From Candidatus Eiseniibacteriota bacterium (GTDB lineage: Bacteria; Eisenbacteria; RBG-16-71-46): 64,000 nt of DNA. The translations under genes and the position numbers were made by a program. Positions 36,554 to 45,700 of this stretch are shown piece after piece. The notes below the pieces were generated by a model. It saw only the letters and a list, made by a program, of their open reading frames with translations. It made no database searches and was not told where the DNA came from. The DNA lies in contig OY970342.1 of NCBI GenBank assembly GCA_963717505.1, positions 2,016,001 through 2,080,000 of the forward strand. The letters are read 5' to 3'. The number at the start of each line of letters is the position of its first letter. Positions within the stretch are counted from its first letter, which is position 1.

Positions 36554-38128
36554 ATGACCGAAGAGCCCCGCCGGCGCGTCTTGTGGGCCGACGACGAGAT
36601 CGACCTCCTCAAACCCCACATCCGCTTCCTCGAACAGAAGGGTTTCGCCGTCACCCCGGTGCCCAACGGCGAGGACGCGCTCGAAGAGCTGGGACGCGGC
36701 CGGTTCGATGTCGTCCTGCTCGACGAGATGATGCCCGGACTCGGCGGACTCGGCACGCTCGACCAGATCAAGGCCCGCGACCTCGGCGTGCCGGTGATCC
36801 TGGTCACCAAGAGCGAGGAAGAGAGCCTGATGAACGAGGCGATCGGCCGCCACATCACCGACTACCTGATCAAGCCGGTGAACCCGTCGCAGGTGTTCCT
36901 CGCGTGCAAGCGCGTGTTCGAGGCGCAGAAGATCCAGGACACGCAACTCGCGCGCGACTACGTCGCCGAGATGCAGCGCTGGCAGTCGCTCGACCTGCGC
37001 GGGCTCGACTGGCGTGGCTGGATCGACCTCGCGGTCGAGGCCGCGCGCTGGGACGTGCGTTTCGATCACGCGCCGGAATCCGGCCTGCGCCAGTCGCACA
37101 TCGACTTCCGCCGCGGCGTCAACGTCGAATTCGCGCGCTTCGTCGAGGAGGGCTACCCGGGATGGGTGCGCATCGCCGAGGGCCGCCCGATGCTGTCGAT
37201 CGACGTCATCGAGCGCGGGGTCGTGCCCCACCTGCGCGCGGGCAAGCGAGTGATGTTCGTCATCATCGACTGCATGCGGCTCGACCAGTGGTTCGCGCTC
37301 GAGGGCCTGCTCGAGGACCTGTTCGACATCCGCCGCGACTACTACTACTCGGCGCTGCCGACCGCGACGCCTTACTCGCGCAACGCGATCTTCTCCGGGC
37401 TGCTGCCGGCCGACCTGTGGCGCAAGCACCGCGAATACTGGCAGGAAAACGACCCGGAGGAGCGGACGCGCAACAAGTACGAGCGCGAGTTGCTCGAGCT
37501 CCAGCTCGCGCGCCTCAATGCGACTCCCGAGCGCGGGCTCAAGTACTTCAAGATCTACGACCAGGAGGAGACGCTCCAGGTCCGCCGCCAGCTGCACTCG
37601 CTGTCCGGGCTATCGCTGGTCAGCCTGGTGGTCAACTTCCTCGACATCGTCGCGCACGGCCGCTCCGAGAGCGAGTTGCTGCAGGAACTGGCGCCCGACG
37701 AAGCCGCGTTCCGCTCGATGATGACCGCGTGGTTCACGCACAGTCCGCTCTACGACATCTTCCGTGAGCTGTCGCGGCAGCCCGACTGCGTCACCGTGCT
37801 GACCACCGATCACGGTGCGGTGCTCGCCCGGCGCGCCGCGATGGTCCACGGCAACCGCGACACGTCGACCAACCTGCGCTACAAGTACGGCCTCAACCTC
37901 AATGCCGACGCCAAGCAGGCGGTGATCGTGCGCAAACCGATGGAGTTCATGCTGCCCGACGACGGCATCAACAAGAACTACCTGCTGGCGCGCGAGGACT
38001 TCTATTTCGTCTATCCGACGCGATTCCACGAGTACGAGCGCCAGTACCGCGGCACGCTGCAGCACGGCGGCATCTCGGTCGAGGAGATGATCCTGCCGCT
38101 GATCACCCTCACGCCGCGCCGCGGGTGA
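36554..38128 (+). CDS. porX: PorX-like response regulator (receiver + PglZ alkaline-phosphatase domain)
   Basis: LWADDEIDLLKPH, LLDEMMPG, TKSEEE, YLIKPVNP, IDCMRLDQW, LPTATPYSRNAIF, TTDHG, QHGGIS.EEM. Confidence 0.9.
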   Translation: MTEEPRRRVLWADDEIDLLKPHIRFLEQKGFAVTPVPNGEDALEELGRGRFDVVLLDEMMPGLGGLGTLDQIKARDLGVPVILVTKSEEESLMNEAIGRHITDYLIKPVNPSQVFLACKRVFEAQKIQDTQLARDYVAEMQRWQSLDLRGLDWRGWIDLAVEAARWDVRFDHAPESGLRQSHIDFRRGVNVEFARFVEEGYPGWVRIAEGRPMLSIDVIERGVVPHLRAGKRVMFVIIDCMRLDQWFALEGLLEDLFDIRRDYYYSALPTATPYSRNAIFSGLLPADLWRKHREYWQENDPEERTRNKYERELLELQLARLNATPERGLKYFKIYDQEETLQVRRQLHSLSGLSLVSLVVNFLDIVAHGRSESELLQELAPDEAAFRSMMTAWFTHSPLYDIFRELSRQPDCVTVLTTDHGAVLARRAAMVHGNRDTSTNLRYKYGLNLNADAKQAVIVRKPMEFMLPDDGINKNYLLAREDFYFVYPTRFHEYERQYRGTLQHGGISVEEMILPLITLTPRRG

Positions 38129-38646
38129 GCCCGGCCGCACCCGACGTGTCGGTCGATCCGGTGGTTTGGACCACGACGTCCGGCGACGAGGCCGGCACCG
38201 AAGCCCTGGGCGCCTCACTTGCGCCCCTGCTCGCGGCCGGCGACGTCGTCACGCTGTCGGGGCCGCTCGGCGCCGGTAAGACCCGGTTCGTCGCCGGACT
38301 CGCCCGCGGGCTCGCGGCCACCGCGCACGTGCGCAGCCCGACGTTCACGCTGGTGAACGAATACCGCGGGCGCCTGCGCCTGGTGCACGTCGACCTCTAC
38401 CGACTCGAGACCCGCGAGGTCGCGGGGCTCGGGCTCGAAGAAGCGCTCGACGACGCGGCGGTCGTGGTCGAGTGGGGCGAGCGGCTGCCGGCCTCGTGGT
38501 GGCGCGACGCGCTGCGCATCGCACTCGAAATCGAGCCCGGGACTCGGCGCCGCGTTCGTGCGGAGGCCGAGGGAGACAGGGCACGCACACTGCTCGCGGC
38601 CTGGTCGAGTTCTGCGGTTTCCCGCGACGATATGGAGCGCTCCTAA
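38125..38646 (+). CDS. tsaE: tRNA t6A biosynthesis ATPase TsaE
   Basis: GPLGAGKT, SPTFTLVNEY, HVDLYRL, VEW. Confidence 0.93.
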   Translation: MSPAAPDVSVDPVVWTTTSGDEAGTEALGASLAPLLAAGDVVTLSGPLGAGKTRFVAGLARGLAATAHVRSPTFTLVNEYRGRLRLVHVDLYRLETREVAGLGLEEALDDAAVVVEWGERLPASWWRDALRIALEIEPGTRRRVRAEAEGDRARTLLAAWSSSAVSRDDMERS

Positions 38647-38647
38647 A

Positions 38648-39856
38648 GTGGCGGGGCTCGTGATCGAGGCCGCGACCTCGCACGTCGAGCTGCTGGTGTG
38701 CGGTCCCGATGACGCTCCGAGAGCCCACGTGGTCGAGGAGGTCGGACACGGGCATACGCGACGCTTGTCGGCGCTGGTCGGACGCGCACTCGACGAAGCC
38801 GGAGTCGAGGTTCACTCGCTCGATTGGGTGGCTGCCGATCTCGGGCCCGGCTCGTTCACCGGGGTTCGCGTCGGACTCGCGACCGCTCAGGCGCTCGCGA
38901 TGGTCGCGAAGGCGACGTTGCTCGGCGCCTCGTCGCTCGCGGCACTGGCCCATGGTGCTCGCTGCGAGCGGGCCCTGGTGGTGCCCCTGGTGCCGGCGGG
39001 GCGGCGTGATGTCTATGCCGGATTCTTTCGTGCCGGTCGCGACGGCGAGGTCCGGATCCTCGAGTCGGCCACCGTCGGCCCGGTTCCGATCCTGCTCGAG
39101 CGAGTTGCAGAAGCACTGTCGGCGTTGGGTCCGGTGGCACCGAAGTTCGTGGGCCCGGGGGTGGTGCGGGAACGCGAGGCCCTCGAGGCCGCCTACCCGG
39201 GCAGCGCCACCGAGGTTCGCGCCGGCGGGCTCTCGGCCCACGACCTCGCGCACGCGGCGCGACTCACCCTCGGACCTCCCGCGGGGTTGCCGGCGGCGGG
39301 CTCGCCGGTGCGCCCCGAATACGTCCGCTCGGCCCAGGCGGAGGAGCGGGTCCGGCACCGGGCGCTGGCGGCGACCCCGATCTCGATCCGGCCGATGACC
39401 GCGAGGGACGTCGCCTCGGTGGCGGCGATCGAGCAGCAGGTGTTCCCCGACCCCTGGCCCGAATCGTTGTTCCACGGCGAGCTGGACCACCCGGAGAGCC
39501 ACGCTCGCATCGCCGAGCGCGAGGCGCAGCTGGCCGGGTACAGCCTGGCGTGGCTCGGCGGCGAAGTCGGCCATCTGGGGAATCTGGCGGTGGTCCCGGG
39601 CCAGCGACGGCGCGGGGTGGCGGCCGCCCTGCTCGACGATCTCTTGACCGAAGCTATACGTCGCAGCGTGCGGAACCTCACGCTCGAGGTCCGCGTATCG
39701 AATGGCGCCGCGCAGGGGCTCTATCGCAGCCGCGGCTTCCGATTGGCCGCGGTTCGCCGCCGGTATTATCGTGACAACGGCGAAGATGCTCTGGTCATGG
39801 AGTGGCGCCCCGAAAGCGGGGCGGCTCCGGCATCGAGCTCCCATCGGAGGCCCTGA
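38648..39856 (+). CDS. tsaB: TsaB-RimI fusion
   Basis: GPGSFTGVRVG (TsaB) then GNAT motifs NLAV..RRRG, LEVRVSN..AQGLY..GF..RRRYY..EDALVM in one frame. Confidence 0.85.
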   Translation: MAGLVIEAATSHVELLVCGPDDAPRAHVVEEVGHGHTRRLSALVGRALDEAGVEVHSLDWVAADLGPGSFTGVRVGLATAQALAMVAKATLLGASSLAALAHGARCERALVVPLVPAGRRDVYAGFFRAGRDGEVRILESATVGPVPILLERVAEALSALGPVAPKFVGPGVVREREALEAAYPGSATEVRAGGLSAHDLAHAARLTLGPPAGLPAAGSPVRPEYVRSAQAEERVRHRALAATPISIRPMTARDVASVAAIEQQVFPDPWPESLFHGELDHPESHARIAEREAQLAGYSLAWLGGEVGHLGNLAVVPGQRRRGVAAALLDDLLTEAIRRSVRNLTLEVRVSNGAAQGLYRSRGFRLAAVRRRYYRDNGEDALVMEWRPESGAAPASSSHRRP

Positions 39857-39861
39857 CCCGC

Positions 39862-40830
39862 ATGTCGTGGCTCAAGCGCGAACGGACCGGCATCAAGACC
39901 GATCGAAAAGAACCGCGTCCCGAACTCCCGGAAGGACTGTGGACCAAGTGCCGGGGTTGCGACGAGCCGCTGTTCCGCAGCCAGCTCGAGGAAAACCTGT
40001 GGGTCTGTCCGAAATGCGATCACCACTTCCGGGTTCCCGCGAGCACGTATCTGGAAATCCTCGTCGACCCCGACTCGTTCGAGGAACGCGACGCCAACCT
40101 CGAGGCCGGCGATCCGCTCGGGTTCCGCGACGCGAAGCTCCCGTATCCCGAGCGGCTGGCCGAGGCGCGCCGCGACACCGGCATGACCGACGCCGCGCTC
40201 TCCGGCAACGCGACCATCGGGGAGAAACCGGTCAGCCTGACCATCATGGACTTCCACTTCATGGGCGGCAGCATGGGCTCGGTGGTCGGCGAGAAGGTGG
40301 CGCGCACGATCGAGCGCGCGATGGTCGAGCGGCGCGCGGTGGTGATCGTGTCGGCGACCGGAGGCGCGCGCATGCAGGAAGGCATCCTGTCGCTGATGCA
40401 GATGGCCAAGACTTCGGCGCTGCTGGCGCGGCTGCGCGAGCAACGCCTGCCGTTCCTCTCGATCCTCACCGATCCTTCGACTGCCGGCGTGCTCGCGTCG
40501 TTCGCCTCGCTCGGCGACGTGATCCTCGCCGAACCCAAGTCGCTGGTGGGTTTCGCCGGGGCGCGCGTGATCCGTCAGACCATCGGGCAGGACCTGCCCG
40601 CCGGCTTTCAACGAGCCGAATTCGTTCTGGAGAAAGGCTTCATCGATCGGATCGTGCACCGACGCGACATGCACGCCGAGGTCGCGCGCCTGCTCGAGTT
40701 CTTCTGGCGTTCGACCAGTGGCTTCGCGGCCGACGGACGAGCCCTGCCGGCCACCCTTCGCTCCCTGCCTGCAACCCCGAACCGCGCCGTCGCTCCCCCG
40801 GCGGAATCCGCGACCCGGCCGAACGACTGA
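39862..40830 (+). CDS. accD: Acetyl-CoA carboxylase carboxyltransferase beta subunit
   Basis: WTKCRGC..CPKC zinc finger, FMGGSMG, GGARMQEG, GFAGARVI. Confidence 0.95.
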   Translation: MSWLKRERTGIKTDRKEPRPELPEGLWTKCRGCDEPLFRSQLEENLWVCPKCDHHFRVPASTYLEILVDPDSFEERDANLEAGDPLGFRDAKLPYPERLAEARRDTGMTDAALSGNATIGEKPVSLTIMDFHFMGGSMGSVVGEKVARTIERAMVERRAVVIVSATGGARMQEGILSLMQMAKTSALLARLREQRLPFLSILTDPSTAGVLASFASLGDVILAEPKSLVGFAGARVIRQTIGQDLPAGFQRAEFVLEKGFIDRIVHRRDMHAEVARLLEFFWRSTSGFAADGRALPATLRSLPATPNRAVAPPAESATRPND

Positions 40831-40835
40831 TACGG

Positions 40836-42131
40836 GTGAGTCTCAACCTTCAGGATGCCCTCGAGAGCCTGTACGGTCTCGAACGGCGGCGCGACAAATT
40901 GGGCCTCGAGGGCACGCGCGCGCTGCTCGAAGCACTCGGCCGTCCCGAACGCCGGTTCCGGTCCGTGCACGTCGCCGGCACCAACGGCAAGGGCTCGGCG
41001 TGTGCGCTGATCGAGCGCGTGCTGCGCGAGGCCGGTGTGCGCACGGGGCTCTTCACCTCGCCGCATCTGGTCGACTTTCGCGAGCGCATCCGGATCGACG
41101 GCCGCTGGGCCGATGAGGCGCGTCTCGCCGAGCGCCTGGCCCACGTGCAGTCGCTGGACGCCGGGCGCGACCGCACGTTCTTCGAGGTTTGCACCGCGCT
41201 CGGGTTCGACGCGTTCGCCGCTGCCGGCGTCGAGTGGGCGGTGGTCGAGGTCGGACTCGGCGGCAGACTCGACACGACCAACGTGCTCGAGCCGGCGGTC
41301 TCGGTGGTGACCTCGGTCGGGCTCGACCACACGGAGATTCTCGGCGAGACGGTGGCCCGTATCGCCGCCGAAAAGGGCGCGATCGCCAAGCGCGCGACGC
41401 CGATGATCACCGGAGTCGAAGATCGCGAAGCCACCCCGGTGATCGCCGAGGCCGCGCGGGCGGTCGGGGCGCCGCTGGTCGAGGCGCGAGAACGGGTGCG
41501 ACTGTCGAGGGTCGCGTGCGACGGGGACGGCAGCCGCTTTCACGCGGCGGTCGCGCCGTGGGGGGAGATGGACCTGGCGATCGGCATGCGCGGGCGACAT
41601 CAGATCGCGAACGCACGGGTGGCTTTGGCCGCGTTGTCGGAGCTGGCGCGCGGTCCGCTGTCGATCGCTGCCGATGCGGTACGCCGGGGGCTCGCCGCGG
41701 CGCGCTGGCCCGGGCGACTCGAGCCCTGCGCCGCGGAGCCGCGGCTGTGGTGGGACGGCGCCCACAATCCCGAAGGATTGCGCCGGCTGGCCGACGCCTG
41801 GAGCACCGATCTCGGCTTCGAGCCGCCGGCCGCGATCGTGCTCGCCGCCTCGCGCGACAAACCCGCGGCCGCGATGCTCGCCGCCCTCCGGGGGTTCGCC
41901 GCAACCACCGAGCTGGTGATCACGCGCACCAAGAACCCGCGCGCCGAGGATCCCGAAACGCTGGCGCGCGCCGCCACCGAATTCCGCGTGAGCGTCGAGC
42001 CCGACGTGTCGCGGGCGGTGCGGGGGGCGCTCGACCGCGCGGGCCAGCGTCGAGTCCTGCTGGCCGGATCGCTGTTCGCGGTCGGCGAGGCGATGGCGGC
42101 GTTCGGCGGCGCGCCGGGAGAGACGCTGTGA
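40836..42131 (+). CDS. folC: Folylpolyglutamate synthase / dihydrofolate synthase
   Basis: HVAGTNGKGS, TSPHL..ERIR, EVGLGGRLDTTN, WPGR, DGAHN. Confidence 0.94.
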   Translation: MSLNLQDALESLYGLERRRDKLGLEGTRALLEALGRPERRFRSVHVAGTNGKGSACALIERVLREAGVRTGLFTSPHLVDFRERIRIDGRWADEARLAERLAHVQSLDAGRDRTFFEVCTALGFDAFAAAGVEWAVVEVGLGGRLDTTNVLEPAVSVVTSVGLDHTEILGETVARIAAEKGAIAKRATPMITGVEDREATPVIAEAARAVGAPLVEARERVRLSRVACDGDGSRFHAAVAPWGEMDLAIGMRGRHQIANARVALAALSELARGPLSIAADAVRRGLAAARWPGRLEPCAAEPRLWWDGAHNPEGLRRLADAWSTDLGFEPPAAIVLAASRDKPAAAMLAALRGFAATTELVITRTKNPRAEDPETLARAATEFRVSVEPDVSRAVRGALDRAGQRRVLLAGSLFAVGEAMAAFGGAPGETL

Positions 42132-45100
42132 GGCGGCGTACGACGTGCGTGGCGGCGATCGGCGCCTGGCTGGCGATCGGCATTACGACCTCGATCGCGG
42201 CCGGACAATCGCCCGCACCCTCCGCCGCGCCGCCGCCGGGTTCGCCGACCGCGCCTTCTCCTTCGTCCTCGACCCCGCTCGACATCTCGGCCGACCGCAT
42301 GACCGGCAGCCACGGTCCGGAAGGCGACGAAGTCCAGCTCGACGGCAACGTGCGCATCATCCGGGGTCGCGCCGTGATCACCGCCGAGCACGGCCGCTAC
42401 CTGCGCAACGCCGGCATGTTGCACCTGGAGCGGAACGTCCGCCTGGTCGACAGCACGACCACCGTGACCTGTGACAAGGCGTCCTACGCCGAGTTCACCG
42501 ACATCCTGCACCTCGAGGGCCACGTGCACGTGGTCGACCGCGAAGCGACCCTCGACGCGCCGTGGGCGACCTACGACCGGCGCGAGGGGCGGATCGACCT
42601 GCATGGCGGCGCTCGCGCGCGCGATCAGCGCCAGCAGATGGAAGCCGACAGCGTCACCTATCATCGCGACGACCAGGTGCTCGAAGCTCGCGGCAACGTC
42701 CGCGGGGTGGACGAGGAAAACCGGCTCCACCTGACCGCGGGTGCCGTCGACTACGACCGGACGACCAGCGTCGCCGAAGCCTGGCGCGACCCGCTGCTGA
42801 TCTCGCGCGAAGAGAAGGGGCCGCCGACCCACATTCGGGCGCGACTGTTGCGGATCAACACCGAGAGCCGGCTGGCCGAGGCGATCGACTCGGTGCGGGT
42901 CGAGCGCGACACGATGCATGCGAGTGCCGACTACGGCCAGTTCGATGACCCCAACGACTACGGGCTGATGACCGGCCACCCGCGCGCGTGGGACGACGAA
43001 ACCGAGGTGTCCGGCGACACCCTGGAGTTCTGGACCGACGACAACCGTCTGAACCGGGTCGTGGTGATCGGTAACGCCGACGTCGGCTACCGGGGGATGC
43101 GCGAGCAGAATCGCGACGAGCAGAACCGACTCGTCGGCGATCGGGTCGACGTGTTCTTCACCGACAACGAGATCGACAGCCTGGTCGCCACCGGCAAGGC
43201 CGGCAACCAGTATCAGGCGGTCCCGAAGGAAGGGAAGACGCCCGAATCGAATCAGGCGCAAGGCGACACGATCACCGTGTTCTTCACCGACCGAAAGGTC
43301 ACGCGCGCCGTGATCGAAGGCAATGCCTCGGGCGAGTACCGCTTTGCCGTCGACCCGAGCGACACCGCGGCCGTGTCGGCCGAGCGGGTTGTCTACCGGG
43401 CGCCACGCATCGAGTACCAGGTTGCCGAGGACCGCATCGTCCTCGACCGCGAAGCGCAGGTGAACTACCGCGATCTCGAGCTCAAGTCCCAGCGCGTGGT
43501 GTTCGACGTCGGCGAAGAGGCGCTGACCGCCGAGGGCCAGCCCGAGCTGATGGATCGCGGCGAGAGAGTGGTCGGCAAACTGATGACCTACGACCTGGAA
43601 AGTCGGGTCGGCAACATCTACGAAGCCGAGACCCAGTACGAAACCGGCCTCTATCACGGCCGCCAGATCCGCAAGGTCAACGAGAACGAGCTGCAGGTGG
43701 CCAGGGGTTCGTACAGCACCTGCGACCAGGTCGACGCGCACTACCACTTCGCCGCACGCCGGATGAAGATCTACCTCAAGGACAAGGTGGTGGCGAAGCC
43801 GATCGTCCTGTACGTGAAGAACGTGCCGCTGCTGGCGCTGCCGTTCTGGGTGTTCCCGGTGCGCCCGGGCCGGCACTCCGGCGTGCTGATCCCGCGTTTC
43901 GAGCTGGGGTTCAACCGCGAGGCCGGGCAGTTCATCCGCAACGTCGGCTACTACTGGGCGGCCAACGACTACATGGACTTCACCCTGGCCGGCGACTACT
44001 ACCAGGCCGAGCCGTCGTGGGTCCTGCGTGCCGACATGGTCTACAAGCTGCTCTACGTGCTCGACGGCGAGATCAACACCAGCTACGCGCGCAACGAAGG
44101 CGCCGGCGAGGAGAACTGGGACCTCGACGCCTACCACACGCAGGAGCTGACCCCGAACACCCGGCTCGCCGCGCGCGGCTCGTACGTTTCCAGCCGCGAG
44201 TACAGCCAGAGCAATCTCTACGGGCGGCCGCTGTCGCAGCGGCTCAACCGGTTCCTGACTTCGAACATCGCGATCAGCCACACCGCGGCCTGGGCGGCCT
44301 TCAACGGCGTGGTGGATCGGCGGCAGGACCTGGACGCCGCCGACGGCCTGGACGATCCCGATGGCGACGGTCCGCAATCAGGACCCCCGGTCGGCTCCCT
44401 GGCGCCTCTGCCGTCGCTCACCGCGAGCCTGCCCAGCATCACACTCTCGTTCCCCACGCGGGCCCTGGGATCCATTGGCATGTTGCGCGGCACCCCGCTC
44501 GAAACCACCCTGGCCAACGTGTACTTGTCGCTCAGCAGTCGCTACCTCTACTACCAGGAGGAGCGCGCCTTCGTCGAGCAGCGCGTGTTGTCGACCCCCA
44601 ACCCGGGCGAAGCTTCCATCGAAGATTCGATCCTGGTGATCGGCGAGCGGCGCACGGTGCGCAACGGCTTCCAGACCGACATCTCGGTATCGGACGCGCG
44701 CCGGGCGCTCGGCTGGATCAACCTGCGTCCGATCCTCAACTCCACGGTCGCGGTGTTCGACCACGATGTCGAGGGCAACAAGAACGTTCCGGCCGGCGTG
44801 TGGTCGGCCGGATTGGCGGCCAGCACCACGTTCTATGGCACGTTCGCTCCCGGAATCGGCGCGCTCGAGGGAGTCCGGCACGTCGTGTTCCCGTCGGTAT
44901 CGATGACCTACAGCCCCGAGTTCCCCGGGCTGGTGGCGCAGGACAGCGCCGGGAACCCGATCGACCGCTTCGAGAGCTTCGGCTCGATCGGCATTTCCGG
45001 ATTCAAGCAGTTCCGCATGAACATGGCACTGGAGCAGCGGCTTCAGGTCAAGGTCCGCCGCAAGAACGAAATCCAGCGACTCGACAATCTGCTGTCGTGG

Positions 45101-45700
45101 ACCATGGGCGCGAACTACAACTTCCTGTGGCGCGAGCAGAATCAGGTGCACCCCCTGTCGACCATCGGGTCGGCGGTGACGCTGACGCCGCCTCGTTTCG
45201 TCAATGCGACCTTTAGCTGGGTGACCGACGTCTACAATCCGAAGCCGCTGCGCACATTCAACTACAACCTGGGGATGAACCTGTCGAGCACCGACGCGCG
45301 CAACTACTTCGCGGCTCCCGACCTCGCGCTCGACCGCAACGCCCGCAAGGTGCAGCCCTTCACCGACCAGTGGAACGTCGCGTTCGCGTTCTCGTACGCC
45401 GGCGGCTACGCGTTCGACGGCCGGTGGCTGGCCTCGCGCAATGCGAATCTGGTGACCAGCTACCAGATGAGCCCGGCGTGGAGCGTCGAGTACTCGGCGG
45501 CCTACGACGTGACCAACCGGCGGATGGGCACCCAGCGATTCTCTCTGGTCCGCGACCTGCACTGCTGGCAGGCGAGCTTCACGCGCACGTTCATGGTCGG
45601 AGGCGAGGACGAGTACTACTTCAAGATCGGCGTGAAGGAGCAGCCGGAGATCTACATCGACCGCGGTACCCGCGCGATCAGCATCGGCGGCATCCAATGA
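42128..45700 (+). CDS. lptD: LPS-assembly protein LptD with long OstA/LptA-like N-terminus
   Basis: Repeated OstA-like beta units; YSTCD..HYHF, RHSGVLIP, GYYWA, RDLHCWQ; about 1190 aa. Confidence 0.82.
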   Translation: MRRRTTCVAAIGAWLAIGITTSIAAGQSPAPSAAPPPGSPTAPSPSSSTPLDISADRMTGSHGPEGDEVQLDGNVRIIRGRAVITAEHGRYLRNAGMLHLERNVRLVDSTTTVTCDKASYAEFTDILHLEGHVHVVDREATLDAPWATYDRREGRIDLHGGARARDQRQQMEADSVTYHRDDQVLEARGNVRGVDEENRLHLTAGAVDYDRTTSVAEAWRDPLLISREEKGPPTHIRARLLRINTESRLAEAIDSVRVERDTMHASADYGQFDDPNDYGLMTGHPRAWDDETEVSGDTLEFWTDDNRLNRVVVIGNADVGYRGMREQNRDEQNRLVGDRVDVFFTDNEIDSLVATGKAGNQYQAVPKEGKTPESNQAQGDTITVFFTDRKVTRAVIEGNASGEYRFAVDPSDTAAVSAERVVYRAPRIEYQVAEDRIVLDREAQVNYRDLELKSQRVVFDVGEEALTAEGQPELMDRGERVVGKLMTYDLESRVGNIYEAETQYETGLYHGRQIRKVNENELQVARGSYSTCDQVDAHYHFAARRMKIYLKDKVVAKPIVLYVKNVPLLALPFWVFPVRPGRHSGVLIPRFELGFNREAGQFIRNVGYYWAANDYMDFTLAGDYYQAEPSWVLRADMVYKLLYVLDGEINTSYARNEGAGEENWDLDAYHTQELTPNTRLAARGSYVSSREYSQSNLYGRPLSQRLNRFLTSNIAISHTAAWAAFNGVVDRRQDLDAADGLDDPDGDGPQSGPPVGSLAPLPSLTASLPSITLSFPTRALGSIGMLRGTPLETTLANVYLSLSSRYLYYQEERAFVEQRVLSTPNPGEASIEDSILVIGERRTVRNGFQTDISVSDARRALGWINLRPILNSTVAVFDHDVEGNKNVPAGVWSAGLAASTTFYGTFAPGIGALEGVRHVVFPSVSMTYSPEFPGLVAQDSAGNPIDRFESFGSIGISGFKQFRMNMALEQRLQVKVRRKNEIQRLDNLLSWTMGANYNFLWREQNQVHPLSTIGSAVTLTPPRFVNATFSWVTDVYNPKPLRTFNYNLGMNLSSTDARNYFAAPDLALDRNARKVQPFTDQWNVAFAFSYAGGYAFDGRWLASRNANLVTSYQMSPAWSVEYSAAYDVTNRRMGTQRFSLVRDLHCWQASFTRTFMVGGEDEYYFKIGVKEQPEIYIDRGTRAISIGGIQ

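Noticed and set aside
41600-44377. Long antisense ORFs (e.g. 925 aa here, 1712-3313, 27928-29718, 31658-33523)
   Set aside because: Shadow ORFs expected from high GC3 on the coding strand; no recognisable motifs.
41189-45700. 1503-aa ORF and similar N-terminally over-extended ORFs (39702, 28884, 31532, 12865-15078)
   Set aside because: Extensions overlap real upstream genes in other frames; true starts are at or just after the upstream stop codons.
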